NCBI RefSeq assembly: GCF_006345805.1
Contig: NC_043002.1
Location: 85,436,001-85,500,000, forward strand
Source: Octopus sinensis
Lineage: Eukaryota
Direction of reading: 5' to 3'
DNA: 64,000 bases
Made by a program: the position numbers and the translations under genes. Below are positions 24,601 through 37,300 of this stretch, piece by piece (the first letter of the stretch is position 1; every line of letters begins with the position of its first letter). Under the pieces are notes generated by a model. It was given only the letters and a program-made list of their open reading frames with translations. It was not told the origin of the DNA and searched no databases.

Positions 24601-24941
24601 CAATGTTTCTTTAAAAGAAATGGAGAAACTTTCAAAATACAAAGACCTAGAAATAGAGGTAACTCAAATGTGGAATCTAAAAACAGAAACAATTCCTATC
24701 ATAGTAGGCACATTAGGTATGATAACAAAATATTCAGACAAATACATAACAAAAACACCAGGACTTACAAATATATATAACATACAGAAAATAGCACTAC
24801 TAGGCACTGCACACATCCTACGTAAAACACTTTCAATACAGTAACAATAAGATCATCACGACAAACCACAGCACATACCCAAGGCACACAGAGCTGCGCT
24901 CGGTAGTGAAGTGAAAGCACATGAAAAAATAAGACTACTGA
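21637..24941 (+). mobile_element. Near full-length, inactive R4/Dong-clade non-LTR retrotransposon (RT + CCHC + RLE)
   Basis: N-terminal KWTREEY motif; NWKAPGHDKIPNFWLK; RRGIFQG; YMGD (mutated YMDD); MKFGIEKC; RICGDGQETINHIVSG* zinc knuckle; RPDIVV, DVSIP, EKLSKYKDL and IQKIALLGTAHILRK RLE motifs. Flanked by (TAA)n at ~21577-21636 and 24942-24962. Multiple stops and frameshifts, plus an internal deletion near 23130. Confidence 0.95.
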
Positions 24942-25791
24942 TTAATAATAATAATAATAATAGACAAAGTGGTTTTGATCATAGGGCTTCTTGATGAGAG
25001 TTAACTTGAAGCTAAACAACAACACAAATCTATGCTTCAAAGAAATTATGCCGACATGGAAACAATTGCAGCATTAAATCAATAGCAATGAGGATGATGT
25101 CCATATGTTTTCTATTATAATTCCATTGACGTGACTGACATAAAAAAAAGGTCCTCAACATTCAAGAGTAGAGAGGGTTTTGGTGCTGCAACTGTAATTA
25201 ACAAGTTTGATAAGCCTGTGGAAGTCTCTATGCCACTTCACATCTGCATCAGTAGGAATATTCTTAGTTGCTGCCAGCTTGCCACTTTTAATATCTCTGG
25301 CTTAAGGTGGCAAGCTGACAGAATCATTAGCAAACTGGGTAAAATGTTTTTTGGCATCTTTACGTTCTGTGTTAAAAATTTGCCAAGGTCACTTTTGCTT
25401 TCATGCTTTCAGGGTTGATGAAATAAGTACCAGTTGGACACTGGGGTTGTTGTAATTGACTTTCCACCTCCCCTGAAATTGCTGGCTTTGTGCCAAAATT
25501 TGAAACCAATGTATCTTAGGTTCACATCTAGGATGCATTATAGAATATATTCTTTTCTGTTCTAGGCACAAAGCCTGAAATTTTTGGGAAGTGCGGTCAG
25601 TTGATTAGATTGATCCCAGTATGAAACTGGTACTTAATTTATCGATGCTGAAGGGATGAAAGGCAAAGTTGACCTCAGTGGAATTTGAACTCAGAACATA
25701 AAGACAGACGAAATACCGCTAAGCATTTTGCCCTGCGTGCTAACATTTCTGCCAGCTCGCTGCCTTGAAAAAATATATGAAATCAATCCAG

Positions 25792-26087
25792 TACTTGACC
25801 AGTACTATATTTATGAACCCCTAATGAATGAAAGGCAAAACAAAACTTGTAATTGAACTTAGGGGATAAGGTACCCAGAAATACTATACTGGTATTGTAG
25901 CTGATACCCAAATGATTCTGTTAAACCATTTCTTGCCATACTTGACCAGTACTATATTTATGATCCCCTAATGAATGAAAGGCAAAACAAAACTTGTAAT
26001 TGATCTTAGGGGCTAAGGGACCCAGAAATACTATACTGGTATTGTAGCTGATACCCAAATGATTCTGTTAAACCATTTCTTGCCATA
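25792..26087. repeat. 147-bp tandem duplication (2 copies) of a degenerate SINE segment
   Basis: 25792-25938 vs 25939-26085, four mismatches seen. Confidence 0.9.
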
Positions 26088-26202
26088 TTTTTGTTGAGCT
26101 GCACTGCTTTTGTTTCAGTTAAGTTTGGAAATAATGAAGAAATTAGAGTAAATTAACTGTCATTATTAAGCTGGTGTAAGGCAGCAAGCTGGCAGAGTTG
26201 TT

Positions 26203-26598
26203 CATCATCATCATTGTTCAGCCGTGGTCGAGACAATGGAATTTACTATGTTACACCAGTCTTCACGGTCTATCATAGCATTACGGAGGTCCTGTTGCTG
26301 GATGCCTGTATCCCTGGAGATTACATCAGGGTAGGAGAGTGTGCGCCCTCTGGTATTGTGAGTAGATGGCTTCCAGAGGGGGAGAGTAGAAATTACCTCT
26401 TTTTCAGCTCTACAACAATGTCCAGCAAACTGGACTCTCTTACCTTTCACAAGAGATGATACAGGTGGTAGTTTGCCATATATTTGTACTTTGGTTGGAT
26501 GACGCTTCCACGAGAGATTTTGAGCTCTCATAAGGAGGCCAGTGTAAGTTCCATCCAACTGCCTCTCAAGCTTCTTTGATAACGTCCAGGTTTCTGAG
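26203..26598 (-). mobile_element. RTE-X-like LINE 3' fragment inserted in a SINE B (~26178-26800)
   Basis: SETWTLSKKLERQLDGTYTGLLMRAQNLSWKRHPT...YGKLPPVSS...QFAGHC..DREDW; (GAT)n tail; 6-bp TSD GTTGTT at 26197-26202 and 26599-26604. Confidence 0.85.
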
Positions 26599-26922
26599 GT
26601 TGTTAGTACACTGGGTAAAATGTTTTGCAGTATTTCATCTGCCTTTACATTCTGAGTTCAAATTCCATTGAGGTCGACTTTGCTTTACATCCTTTTGGGG
26701 TTGATAAATTAAGTGCCAGTGAAACACTGAGGTCGATGTAATCAACTAGTCCCCTCCCTGCAAAATTTCAGGCCTTGTGCCTTTAGTAGAAAGGGTTATT
26801 TATCTAGTGTTCAGAATGTTGGAAAGTTTTAATTAAGATCACTTTAGAACTGAAAGTTTATATTGTAGAAGCAGGGGCAGTTTCAGGCAGTTTGGCACCA
26901 AAAAAGGTTAATCTATTGCTTA

Positions 26923-27340
26923 ATGTATGTATGTATGTATGTATGTATGTATGTATGTATGTATGTATGTATGTATGTATGTATGTATGTATGTATGTAT
27001 GCATGTATGTATGTATGTATGTATATATGCATGTTTGTGTGTGTGTATGAGGTGTATGCATGTGTGTATGCATGTATGTATGCATGCATGTATGTATGTG
27101 TGTGTGTGCATGTAAGCATGCGTGTATGCATGCATGTGTGTGTATGGATGAATGTGTATATGTATGTATGTGTGTATCTGTTTGTGTATGTATGTAAGTG
27201 TGCAAGTAAGTATCTATGTGTGTATGCGTGTGTATGCATTCTTGTATGTATGTTTGTGTGTACATATGTATGTTCTGTATATTCGGATGTATATACTAAT
27301 GTATGTATGTATGTCCATGCATACATTTCACTGAGCATGT
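26923..27340. repeat. Long (GTAT)n / (GT,GCAT) compound microsatellite
   Basis: Seen directly. Confidence 0.95.
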
Positions 27341-27442
27341 TTTAATCTCTGCAGTTGAAATCTTTGTATCGTCAGTAATTCTTTAAGACAAGATGTATTT
27401 ATCTAATACTAGCTGCACTATCTGTGTGTATGTATGTATGTA

Positions 27443-27477
<35 letters not shown>

Positions 27478-27926
27478 GTGTTTGTGTATCTAAGTGTATC
27501 TACAGGAATATTTGTGCAGGTGCTTTTGTATGTGTATGGAAGTATATATGTGTGCATTATTTGTGTGTGTATGCAATTACTGGTTTGTGTGTGTATGAAG
27601 GTATATGTGTGTGTGTGAGTGCGTGTGAGACAGAGTGTGTGCATTTAAGCAAGTTATACACGCGTGAGATTAAACAGTATTTGTTTTTCATTTCATTTAC
27701 AACAGTTGTCAGAAAGTATACTTGGAAACTAAATATATACCTTGCATAAATCTGTTGGAAGTTATTCCAGCTCTTGAGGTTTTAAGCAGTTGATAGCCAA
27801 GATAAAACATCACTTTTATGCAATTTTTAAATATGGGGAGAATTAAATCCAATCAATGCTAGAATAGATAAATAAAATAAAGTACACACACACACATATA
27901 TATTCGATGGGCTTTTTTCAGTTTCT

Positions 27927-28527
27927 TATTTCTTAACTGCCCACAAGGGGCTACACACACAGAGGGAACAAACAAGGACAGACAAACAAATTAAGTCGAT
28001 TATATCAATCCTAGTGTATAACTGGTACTTATTTAATTGACCCCGAAAGGATGAAAGGCAAAGGCAACCTCGGCGAAATTTGAACTCAGAATATAGCGGC
28101 AGACAAAATACCTATTTCTTTACTACCCACAAGGGGCTGAATATAGAAGGGACAAACAAGGACAGACACATGGATTAAGTCAATTATATCGACCCCAGTG
28201 TGTAACTGGTACTTATCTAATCGTCCCCGAAAGGATGAAAGGCAAAGTCGACCTCGGCAGAATTTGAACTCAGAATATAGCGGCAGACAAAATACCTATT
28301 TCTTTACTACTCACAAGGGGCTAAATATAGAAGGGACAAACAAGGACAGACATGGATTAAGTCGATTATATCGACCCCAGTGCGCAACTGGTACTTATTT
28401 AATCGACCCCGAAAGGATGAAAGGCAAAGTCGACCTCGGCGGAATTTGAACTCAGAATATAGCGGCAGACAAAATACCGCTAGGCATTTCGCCTGGTGTG
28501 CTAACGTTTCTGCCAGCTCGCCGCCTT
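27927..28527 (-). mobile_element. SINE B with its 3' ~185 bp in three tandem copies, nested in a SINE A
   Basis: Units start at 27927, 28113 and 28297; only the last continues into the head. TSD-like TTTCAGTTTCT on both sides. Confidence 0.85.
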
Positions 28528-29911
28528 AATTTCAGTTTCTGTCTACCAAAGTTATTCACAAGTCTTTGGTTGGCCCAAGGCTATAGTAGAAAACACTTGC
28601 CCTACACAGTGGGACTGTAACCAGAACCAAGTGGTTGAGAAGCAAACTTATTACCACACACACATGCACACACATATATACATTCATATATATGTATATA
28701 TACACACAGTGTTATAGAGACATACATATTTTGTGTGTGTGTAAGCATTATAAAGTTGATATGCAGTTTTAAATTTATAGGACTTTAACTACATATGGTA
28801 AAAAGTAATTTCTGAAAAAAGGATTAAATGAGAGCATTTATTTCTTTTGTAAATAGATTTATTTTTAAGACTGTTAATTTTCAATGTGTCCTCTGTCATT
28901 ACATATATATAAAAACTGTGGTGTGATTCTGAAGTCCTAGGAATGCATTTTACTGCTGAATTTCAATAAAACCTTGAAGCACATTAATTATTCTAACTCA
29001 CAAGCCTTCAACAAAAGAAAGCCTAGTTGAATAAACAATAGTCTGTACATTTTTACCATAAAGTTGAAGCAAATAATAAATGTTTTAAAAGTTATTAAAT
29101 GATTATGATAAAACCTTTTTGCTGAGAACAATAAAACAGAAGCCTCAAGCTTCTAAATGTTCTTCACAGTATAATTCAATCATATATGAATCAGAAATTA
29201 TATATGTTTTGAATTGCACATGGGCTTTATGAATGTGTATAGCTAGCTAGGTGTTCCACATAAAATAAAGTTGACATAATGTTTTATCTTTTTTTTAAAA
29301 TCAAAGCATTACTATTATAAAACAGAATCAGCAGGTTTCTAAATGTTCTTTACAAATTAATCCTGTTATACTCAGAACTGGAGTCAAGGAACTTTTGAAA
29401 TTGCGCAAGAATTTTATAATGACCTTTTTTCTGTTTTTTTTTTTTTACTTTCATTTATTTTCTTTTATTTCTTTATTTTTTTTTATTTGTTTTGTTTCTG
29501 TCATTGGGCTGTGGCCATGTTGGGGCACTGCCTCAAAGCGTTTTATTGAACAAATCAACCCTAGTGCTTATTTTTTAAAGTTTAGTAACTTATTTTATCG
29601 GCCTCTTTTGCCAAACCACTAAATTATAGGGATGTTAACAAACCAACACTGGTTGTCAAGTGGTGGTTTAGGATAAACACAAACTCAAAGAATACACACA
29701 CACACACATGTATATGTATATACACATACATATATACACATACATATATAAATACACAAACACACGTATACACAACAGGTTTCTTTCAGTTTCCATCTAC
29801 CAAATCCATTCATAAGGCTTTGGTCAGCTATAGTAAAAGACACCTGCCCAAGATGCAATGCAGTGGGACTGAACCCAAAGCCATGCAATTGAGATGCAAG
29901 CTTCCTAACCA

Positions 29912-30235
29912 CACAGCCGCACCTTGTTGTTGTTGTTTGCTCCTTCTCGAGCTATGTGTGGCTCATAAGGGCCAGTTTCCCAGTTTCTTGGCGTATAGGT
30001 TCCCCACCTGGACGGGACGCCGGTCCATTGCAGGTGAGCTGCAAGATGCAGGAGGAAAGAGTGAGAGAAAGTTGTGGCGGAAGAGTCAGCAGAGGTTCGC
30101 CATTACCTTCTGCTGGAGCCGCGTGGAGCTTAGGTGTTTCGCTCATAAACACACACATCGCCCGGTCTGAGATTCGAACCCGCGATCCCTCGACCGCAAG
30201 TCTGCTGCTCTAACCACTAGGCCATATGCTTCCAC
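29912..30235 (-). mobile_element. tRNA-derived SINE family F
   Basis: Head ATGGCCTAGTGGTTAGAGCAG...GGTTCGAATCTC and (AAC)n tail. A second copy lies at 52802-53095(+). Confidence 0.8.
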
Positions 30236-31926
30236 AACAGCCGCACTTATACCCATGTATACATTTTCTGCAGTTAGATGTTCCCCGTAAAATAAAGTTG
30301 ACATAATTTTTAATTGTTTTAAAAATTAAAATCCCATTAAAATAAACGTTTTTGTTGACAGTGATAAAACAGAACCAGCAGGTTTCTAAGTGTCCTTTAT
30401 AGGTCAGTTCTGCCATATACAGGACTGGAGTTATAAAATTTTAAAGTTGGAGTGGCTGTGTGGTAAGTAGCTTGTTTACTGACCACATGGGTCTGGGTTG
30501 AGTCCCACTGCGTGGTACCTTGGGCAAGTGTCTTCTACTATAGCCTCGGGCCGACCAAAGCCTTGTGAGTGGATTTGATAGACGGAAACTGAAAGAAGCC
30601 CATTGTATATATGTATATATATGTATGTGTGTGTATGTGTTTTGTGTGTCTGTGTTTGTCCTCCCAACATTGCTTCACAACTGATGCTGGTGTGTTTACG
30701 TCCCCCGTAGCTTAGCGGTTCGTCAAAAGAGACCGATAGAATAAGTACTAGGCTTACAAAGGATAAGTTGTGGAGTCGATTTGCTCGACTAAAGGTGGTG
30801 CTCCAGCATGGCCACAGTCAAATGACTGAAACAAGTAAAAGAGTAAAATAGTAAAAGAGTACAAGAACCTTATCTTTACAATATATATTTTCAATAGCTA
30901 GTTAATTGTTAATGACATTAAACAGTCCTAGCTACAGCACTATATAAAACTTTATATATGTGACTCTTGCCCTAACATCTTTATTGAAGTGATTACCCTG
31001 TAATAAAACTGGCTGTAATAGAAATATTAAGTTTATTTGGTAGGTTGTTATTTCATCAGATAGGACATATTAAGACAATGTCTTTTGAACTTCAACAATA
31101 AGAAATATTAATTGAAGACTGGCTACTTAACTGCCTTCCTTACTGCATTCAAAATTTGTCATTAACTGACAATGCAGTATGCTTTGGCTGCTATTGACTT
31201 TTATCTCATCACCAAGAATTTATTTGAAGACCTCTATCCCCTTCTGATATGTAATTTCCTCTTAGCATATATGTATTGCATGTGTATATATTTATGTACA
31301 TATTTATATATGTATATATATGTTCATTTATATATTTATATATGCACATATATATATATATATATGCACATCCACATATATGTATGTACATATATAGACA
31401 TTTTCTGTCTACCAAACCCACTTACAAGGCTTTGGTTGACCTGAGGCTGGAGCAGAAGACACATGCCAAAGTTGCCACATAGTGGGACTGAACCTAGGGC
31501 CATATATATGGCTCAGTGGTTAGAACATTTGGCTCACAATCATAAGGTAGTGAGTTCGATTCCCAGACCAGGATGTGTGTTGTGTTCTTGAACAAGACAC
31601 TTCATTTCACATTACTCCAGTTCACTCAGCCGTAGAAATAAGCTGTGACATCACTGGAGCCAAGCTGTATCAACCTTTGCCTTTCCCTTGGATAACATTA
31701 ATGATGTGGAGAAGGGAGGCTGGTATGTATATTTTCCATAAACAACCTTGCCCAGACTTGTACATTGGAGGGTAACTTTTGTTATGCCATCATTCAAGAC
31801 CTGTACTCCCTTCTTACATGTCTGTGTTCTATTATTATGACATCATTAAAAGCTCTTACTCCCATCTTTTATATTTTTGCTTTTTTTTCACATTAGGAAA
31901 TCCTTGATGATCTCTACAGACTTTTG

Positions 31927-32222
31927 ATAATAAATAATAATAATGAAATTATTGTATACTGTGCTCAGGTGCACCACAACTTGTCAGAAAGTGCGTATAA
32001 AGTATATGCAGTAATGTACAAATGTCTGGAAAGCGAACAATGTATGAGTCAGATACATGCTTGTGTGTGTATGGAGAGGAGAAAATCAGGTGTAGTGTTG
32101 GCAAATCTCAGGAAGCATGGAAGTTTTGAAGGATGCAGTGCTCTGACAACTAACAACTGATGCCGGCAGTTTGTTCCATGCTTCAGCAACTCTCAGCATG
32201 AAAAAATGTTTCCTAAAGTTAT
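31927..32222 (-). mobile_element. CR1/L2-like LINE 3' end
   Basis: RKHFFMLRVAEAWNKLPASVVSCQSTASFK (FF..RV...WN.LP motif), a short 3' UTR and an (ATT)n tail. Confidence 0.8.
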
Positions 32223-34116
32223 GGTAGCTGTGCTATTTTCTGATGTATATATATTCTGTTGTTATGACATTATTAAATATCTCTACTTTCTTATGATGTA
32301 TATCAGAAGAAGGTTTCATTGTTATAACATCATGAAGAGACATCATTACAGACTCCTCTTCCCTTCTGATATGATTGTCTTAAGTTGCTATATCATCATC
32401 AAAGACTTCTATTTCCTCCTGATATATTTGTTCTCTGTTATGATAACATTGAAACTCTCAACTTTCTTATTGTTTCTATTATCTTTTACTGGTTCCAGTC
32501 ATAGGACTGTGACCATCCTAGGGTACTGCCTTGAAGGGCTTCACCAAGCAAATTGACCCTAGCACTTGTTTTTTGCTTTTGTTTTAAAGCCTGACACTTA
32601 TTTTATCAGTCTCTTTTAATGAGTTGGTAAATGAAGGGGACATAAACAAACAAACACTGCTTGTTAAGTAGTAGTGTGGGGACAAATACAATGACATACA
32701 CATATGCACACATACACACACTTGCATGCATACATGTGCGCGCGCACACACACACACACACACATGACAGGCTTTTACTCAGTTTCTTGTTTCTTTACTG
32801 CCCACAAGGGGCTACACACAGAGGGGACAAACAAGGACAGAAAACAGATTAAGTCGATTATATCGACTCCAGTATGTAACTGGTACTTATTTAATCAACC
32901 CCAAAAGGATGAAAGGCAAAGTCGACCTCGGTGGAATTTGAACTCAGAACGTAGCAGCAGACGAAATACCAGTAAGCATTTTGCGTGCTAACGTTTCTGC
33001 CATCTCTGGTTTCTGCCTACCAAATTCACTGTTATGACATTAGTCAGCCTATAGCTACACTAGAAGTATCTTGCCCAAGGTGCCATGTAGTGTGACTGAA
33101 TCCAAATCCACATGGCTGCAAATCAAGCTTTTTAACTACACAACCAAGCCTGTGAACAATTGTTATGACATCTCTAAAAGACTTCTATTCTCTTTTAATA
33201 TATATCTGTGGTATAAAAGCGAGGAGCTGGCAGAATCATTAGTATGCTGGGCAAAATGCTTAGCAGCTTTCCATCCGTCTTAATGGTTTGAGTTCAATTT
33301 CCACCAAAGTCAACTTTACTTTCATCCTGTCGAGGTTGTTAAAATAAAGTACCAGTTGAGGACTGGGGTCGACGTGATCAACTTGTCCCCCTCCTCAGAA
33401 ACTGCTGGCTTTGTGCCAAAATTAGAAATCAATATATGTTTATGGTTCTGATGTACTGATACTACTGAATACTTCTACTTCTTTCTGATATATTCTTTTA
33501 CTTGTTTCAATCATGTGACTGTGGCCATGCTGGAGCACCACCTTTAGTCGAGCAAATCAACCCCAGGACTTATTCTTTGTAAGCCTAGAACTTATTCTAT
33601 CGGTCTCTTATGCCAAACCGCTAAGTTACGGGGACGTAAACACACCAGCATCGGTTGTCAAGTGATGTTGGGAGGACAAACACAGACACACAAACACATA
33701 CACACACATACATATATACATATATACGATGGGCTTCTTTCAGTTTCCGTCTACCAAATCCACTTACAAGGCTTTGGTTGGCCCCAAGGCTATAGTAGAA
33801 GACACTTGCCCAAGGTGCCATGACTGAACCCTGGACCATGTGGTCGGTAAGCAAGCTACTTATCACACAGCCACTCCTACACCTATTATTTAAAATTTTC
33901 TTTTTGTTTTTTTCCTAAAAAGGTAATGTGTGACTTATGTTAGTTTATGTGCAACGAAGATAAGAAATATCTGATATATCTGATAAAGCCCTTCATTAGA
34001 GAAATATTTTTTATTTCTAACAGAGATCTTTATTAGAAAAATCTTTCTTCATTTATCTTTTACTTGTTTCAGTATTTGGGGAAGGGGATTGCAGCCATAA
34101 TGGAGCATTGCTTTAA

Positions 34117-34390
34117 CCCTTTCGTTACTGTATTTATTTTGAGATGCTCTGTGTTTCTTTCAATTACTTTAAATATAACAAGGAATTTAGTAAAATAACT
34201 TAGTTAAGAAGCTTGTGTTAGGAACACTGTGTAGTTAAGAAGCTAGTGTTAGGAACATAGTTAAGAAGCTAGTGTTAGGAACATAAATTGTGACTAAGTG
34301 TTTGGTGGAAGATTTTAATTAAAAACTTGTGAAAACAAGACATTTGTACTCAGAGCCAGAGCAGTTACAGCCGGGTTGGTAACGAAAAGG
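34117..34390. mobile_element. piggyBac-like MITE family P1
   Basis: TTAA|CCCTTTCGTTAC...GTAACGAAAAGG|TTAA, with an internal triplication of AGTTAAGAAGCTAGTGTTAGGAACA. Confidence 0.85.
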
Positions 34391-37300
34391 TTAAAGGGTT
34401 TGCTTAAACAAAACAACTCCAGTACTTATTTTAAAGTCTGGTTCTTATTCTAGAATATCTGTTGCTGAACCCCTGAGTTACAATGATGTAAATAAAACAA
34501 ACACCAGTTGTCAAGCAGTGGTAGGGTACAAACACAAATGCAGACATCTTCCACATTGATACACACACACACACAATCGATTTCTTTCAGTTCCATCCAT
34601 CAAATCCACTCACAAGGCTTTGGTCAGCTTGGGGCTATAGTAAAAGATACTTGTCTTAGGTGTTGTGCTGTGGGACTGAATCCAAGACCACATAGTTAGG
34701 AAGCAAGCTTTTGAATCACACAGCCACGCCTGCAATTAATGTTTGATATTTCAGACAGAGATCTTCATTAGGGAAAGATGAAGTCCGTTTGTCTGAAGTC
34801 TTACATACCCTTTCATCTCACAGCACATAAGAAGAACTTGCAAGAAGTAATAATAAAATCTGTCTAAAATTACATCTATCATGTTTAAAAACAAAGAATG
34901 ATGTCTTTGATAATAGAGTCTCTCAGATAAGCTATGTCTGAAGTGACAGGATGATCATAGTCAAAATGGTTGCAATTGTATGTTTGCTCAATGTGGGCTG
35001 ACCTGGAGTTAAAAATATGATCTACAGACTCACTTTTTGCTACTTTCTAAACTGCCCCTTTTTTATGATAATCATCTCTGGTTTCCCTTAAATTTATATT
35101 TCATTGCTTAATTACCATAGAATTTGCACTAGAACTTTGCAGTCACTGTTAATGATATTTCATTAGATAATCAGCCAAGTACCAGTCAAAAACTGGGGTT
35201 AATATTATAGAATGTTTCCTTTCCCCAAACTTGTGGCCTTTCACCTATATAAGGAATCAAATATGTGGCTACCTTTTATACAAGAACACAAATGGGCCAA
35301 CCAAAAAGAATATCTTTTACCATTGTATGTAGGTGATACTGCAATGATAGAGTATCAATTAATATTGTACACAGTGGTAGTATTCTAAAGGGTTGATTAA
35401 TAGGTTATCATTCAGTATTGTGAGCTGTGGTGGTATTGTTATGGACTAATTAATGAGGTATCAATTGCCATTGTAAGCTGTATCTGTATTGCAAAAAAAT
35501 AATTAAGGTATCATTCAGTATTGTAAGCTTGTTTGTTGTATTGTTGTTGTATTGCAGTGTGATAATTAAGAGGGCCTTTCGCCATTGTAAACTATGGTTG
35601 TAGGGTAATTAATTGCTAATAGACAGAGTATCATTCATAGGGGTACTGCAATATTAATAAAGGATTTGCTGAATTATGCTGTTGATTTAAGTTCTATACA
35701 TAGGAAAGATACTGTACTGTTCCATGCTTCAATATAGCAAATGGTTTATCTCTCATCTGTACAGAAACAAGAGTTAAACTGTAGTTCAGACTAATGTAGC
35801 TTTTCATACAGGACATGGTTGCAAAAACTGCCTTTGATCCAATATTTTCTATGAATAAAACTACTTGTTTTATTTTAAATGTAGATTAATTGTAGATTGG
35901 TTGAGGCACTTAATATGTCTCACTGTCAATGTATTATTCATATTCTGAGAGAACAATAATTTTTTTTTTTATCTTATGAGGTTTAATTACATTTATGGAA
36001 AATCCAGTTTCACTAGTCTTGTTTAAATGAGAGGTAGTTATCCCAATGGATAGCACACCAATTTCTTATAGTTAATATTAGGTATTTCTAAGGCAACGAA
36101 CCAGTAGAATTGTTAGCATGCCAGGCAAAATGCTTAGTGGAATTTTGTCTGTCTTTATCTTCTGAGTTCAAATGCCACTGAGGTCAGCTTTGCCTTTCAT
36201 CCTTTTGGGGGTTGATAAAATAAGTACCAGTTTAGTGCTGGGGTCGATGTAATTGACTTACTCCTCCCCTCAGCTTGCTGGTCTTGTGCCAAAATTTGAA
36301 ATCAATATTGGGCTTTTCTAAGGTGGTGAACTGGCAGAATCATTGATACGCCTGCTTAGTGGCATTTTATCTATCTTTACATTCTGAGTTCAGATTCTGC
36401 CGAGGTCAGCTTTTCCTTTCATCCTTTCAGGGTCAATACAATACATACCAGTTGAGAACTTGGATTGATGTAATTGACCAGCCTCCTTTCCAGAAATTGC
36501 TGGCCTTGTGCCAAAATTTTAAACCAATATTCGGTACTTCTGGGTAGCAAAAGAAAATTTAAACTTTCAAAACAATATGTTTAACCAATATTATATGGGC
36601 TCTGTACTGGTCGAGTGTGATTTTAAGTATCTTTTAAAAACAGAACTAGGGACAATATTTTTGGAAAAACTCAGATGCTACCACAGATAAAAGATTTTAA
36701 GATTCCTGTACACCTAGTGATTTTTGCTTTGCCTTCCCATCACTCTATCTCTCTCACACTCGCTCTCTTTCTTCTTGTATCTCATCATTCATCATTTCTA
36801 CAGCTTTTTATTACTCTCTTTTTCTCTCTCATTGATTTTCTACCCCTCAATCAATGATCTGAGACATGTTTGATGAAGATGATTTATTTTCCAAGAATGC
36901 AACACAAGGGATTCCAAAGGTCCAGCTTTCAGTGATGTGACATTTGCCATAATACCATGAAAAACCTTAAATTAATACTTTTAATTTTATTGCAAGCATA
37001 GAGGAACATTATCATAATTAAATAGTCATACTCAAATAGGGTTTAGTGCAGGTTGATGACAATTTCACTGCATCACAGTCATTAGTTTGTTTCAGCATAA
37101 TCAATGGTTCATAATGGGCCAATTATGGGAAAATTAGGTGGTGGTGGAGGTTGGTGCCAAGTTGTTTTGGATCAAGTTGGTGGCCTTTCCTTGGCGAGGA
37201 GATTTGCATATATGAGCAACTGCCAGTTTTTCTCAAAAGGTAAAAAATATTCTTGTTCTGGCCTGTGCATACATGTGCAGATCCTTGATCAATATTGACC

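Noticed and set aside
21637-24941. Dong/R4 ORF segments as an active or domesticated gene
   Set aside because: Multiple stops and frameshifts, a mutated catalytic motif and an internal RT deletion.
26858-27345. Long ORFs (up to 141 aa) of YVCM/HTYI repeats here and at 49129-49765, 56802-57217 and similar sites
   Set aside because: They are translations of (GTAT)n/(TA)n microsatellites, which lack stop codons in several frames.
28991-29011. Possible 21-nt minus-strand microexon (…caactag|GCTTTCTTTTGTTGAAGGCTT|gtgagt)
   Set aside because: Such short signals arise often by chance in 64 kb, and there is no independent support.
31897-31970. Strong acceptor followed by EILDDLYRLL
   Set aside because: The frame runs straight into the tail of a CR1-like insertion with no convincing native donor.
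37104-37298. 64-aa ORF with a poly-Gly run and a nearby octamer-like ATTTGCAT
   Set aside because: No recognisable homology, and splice-bounded frames contain stops.
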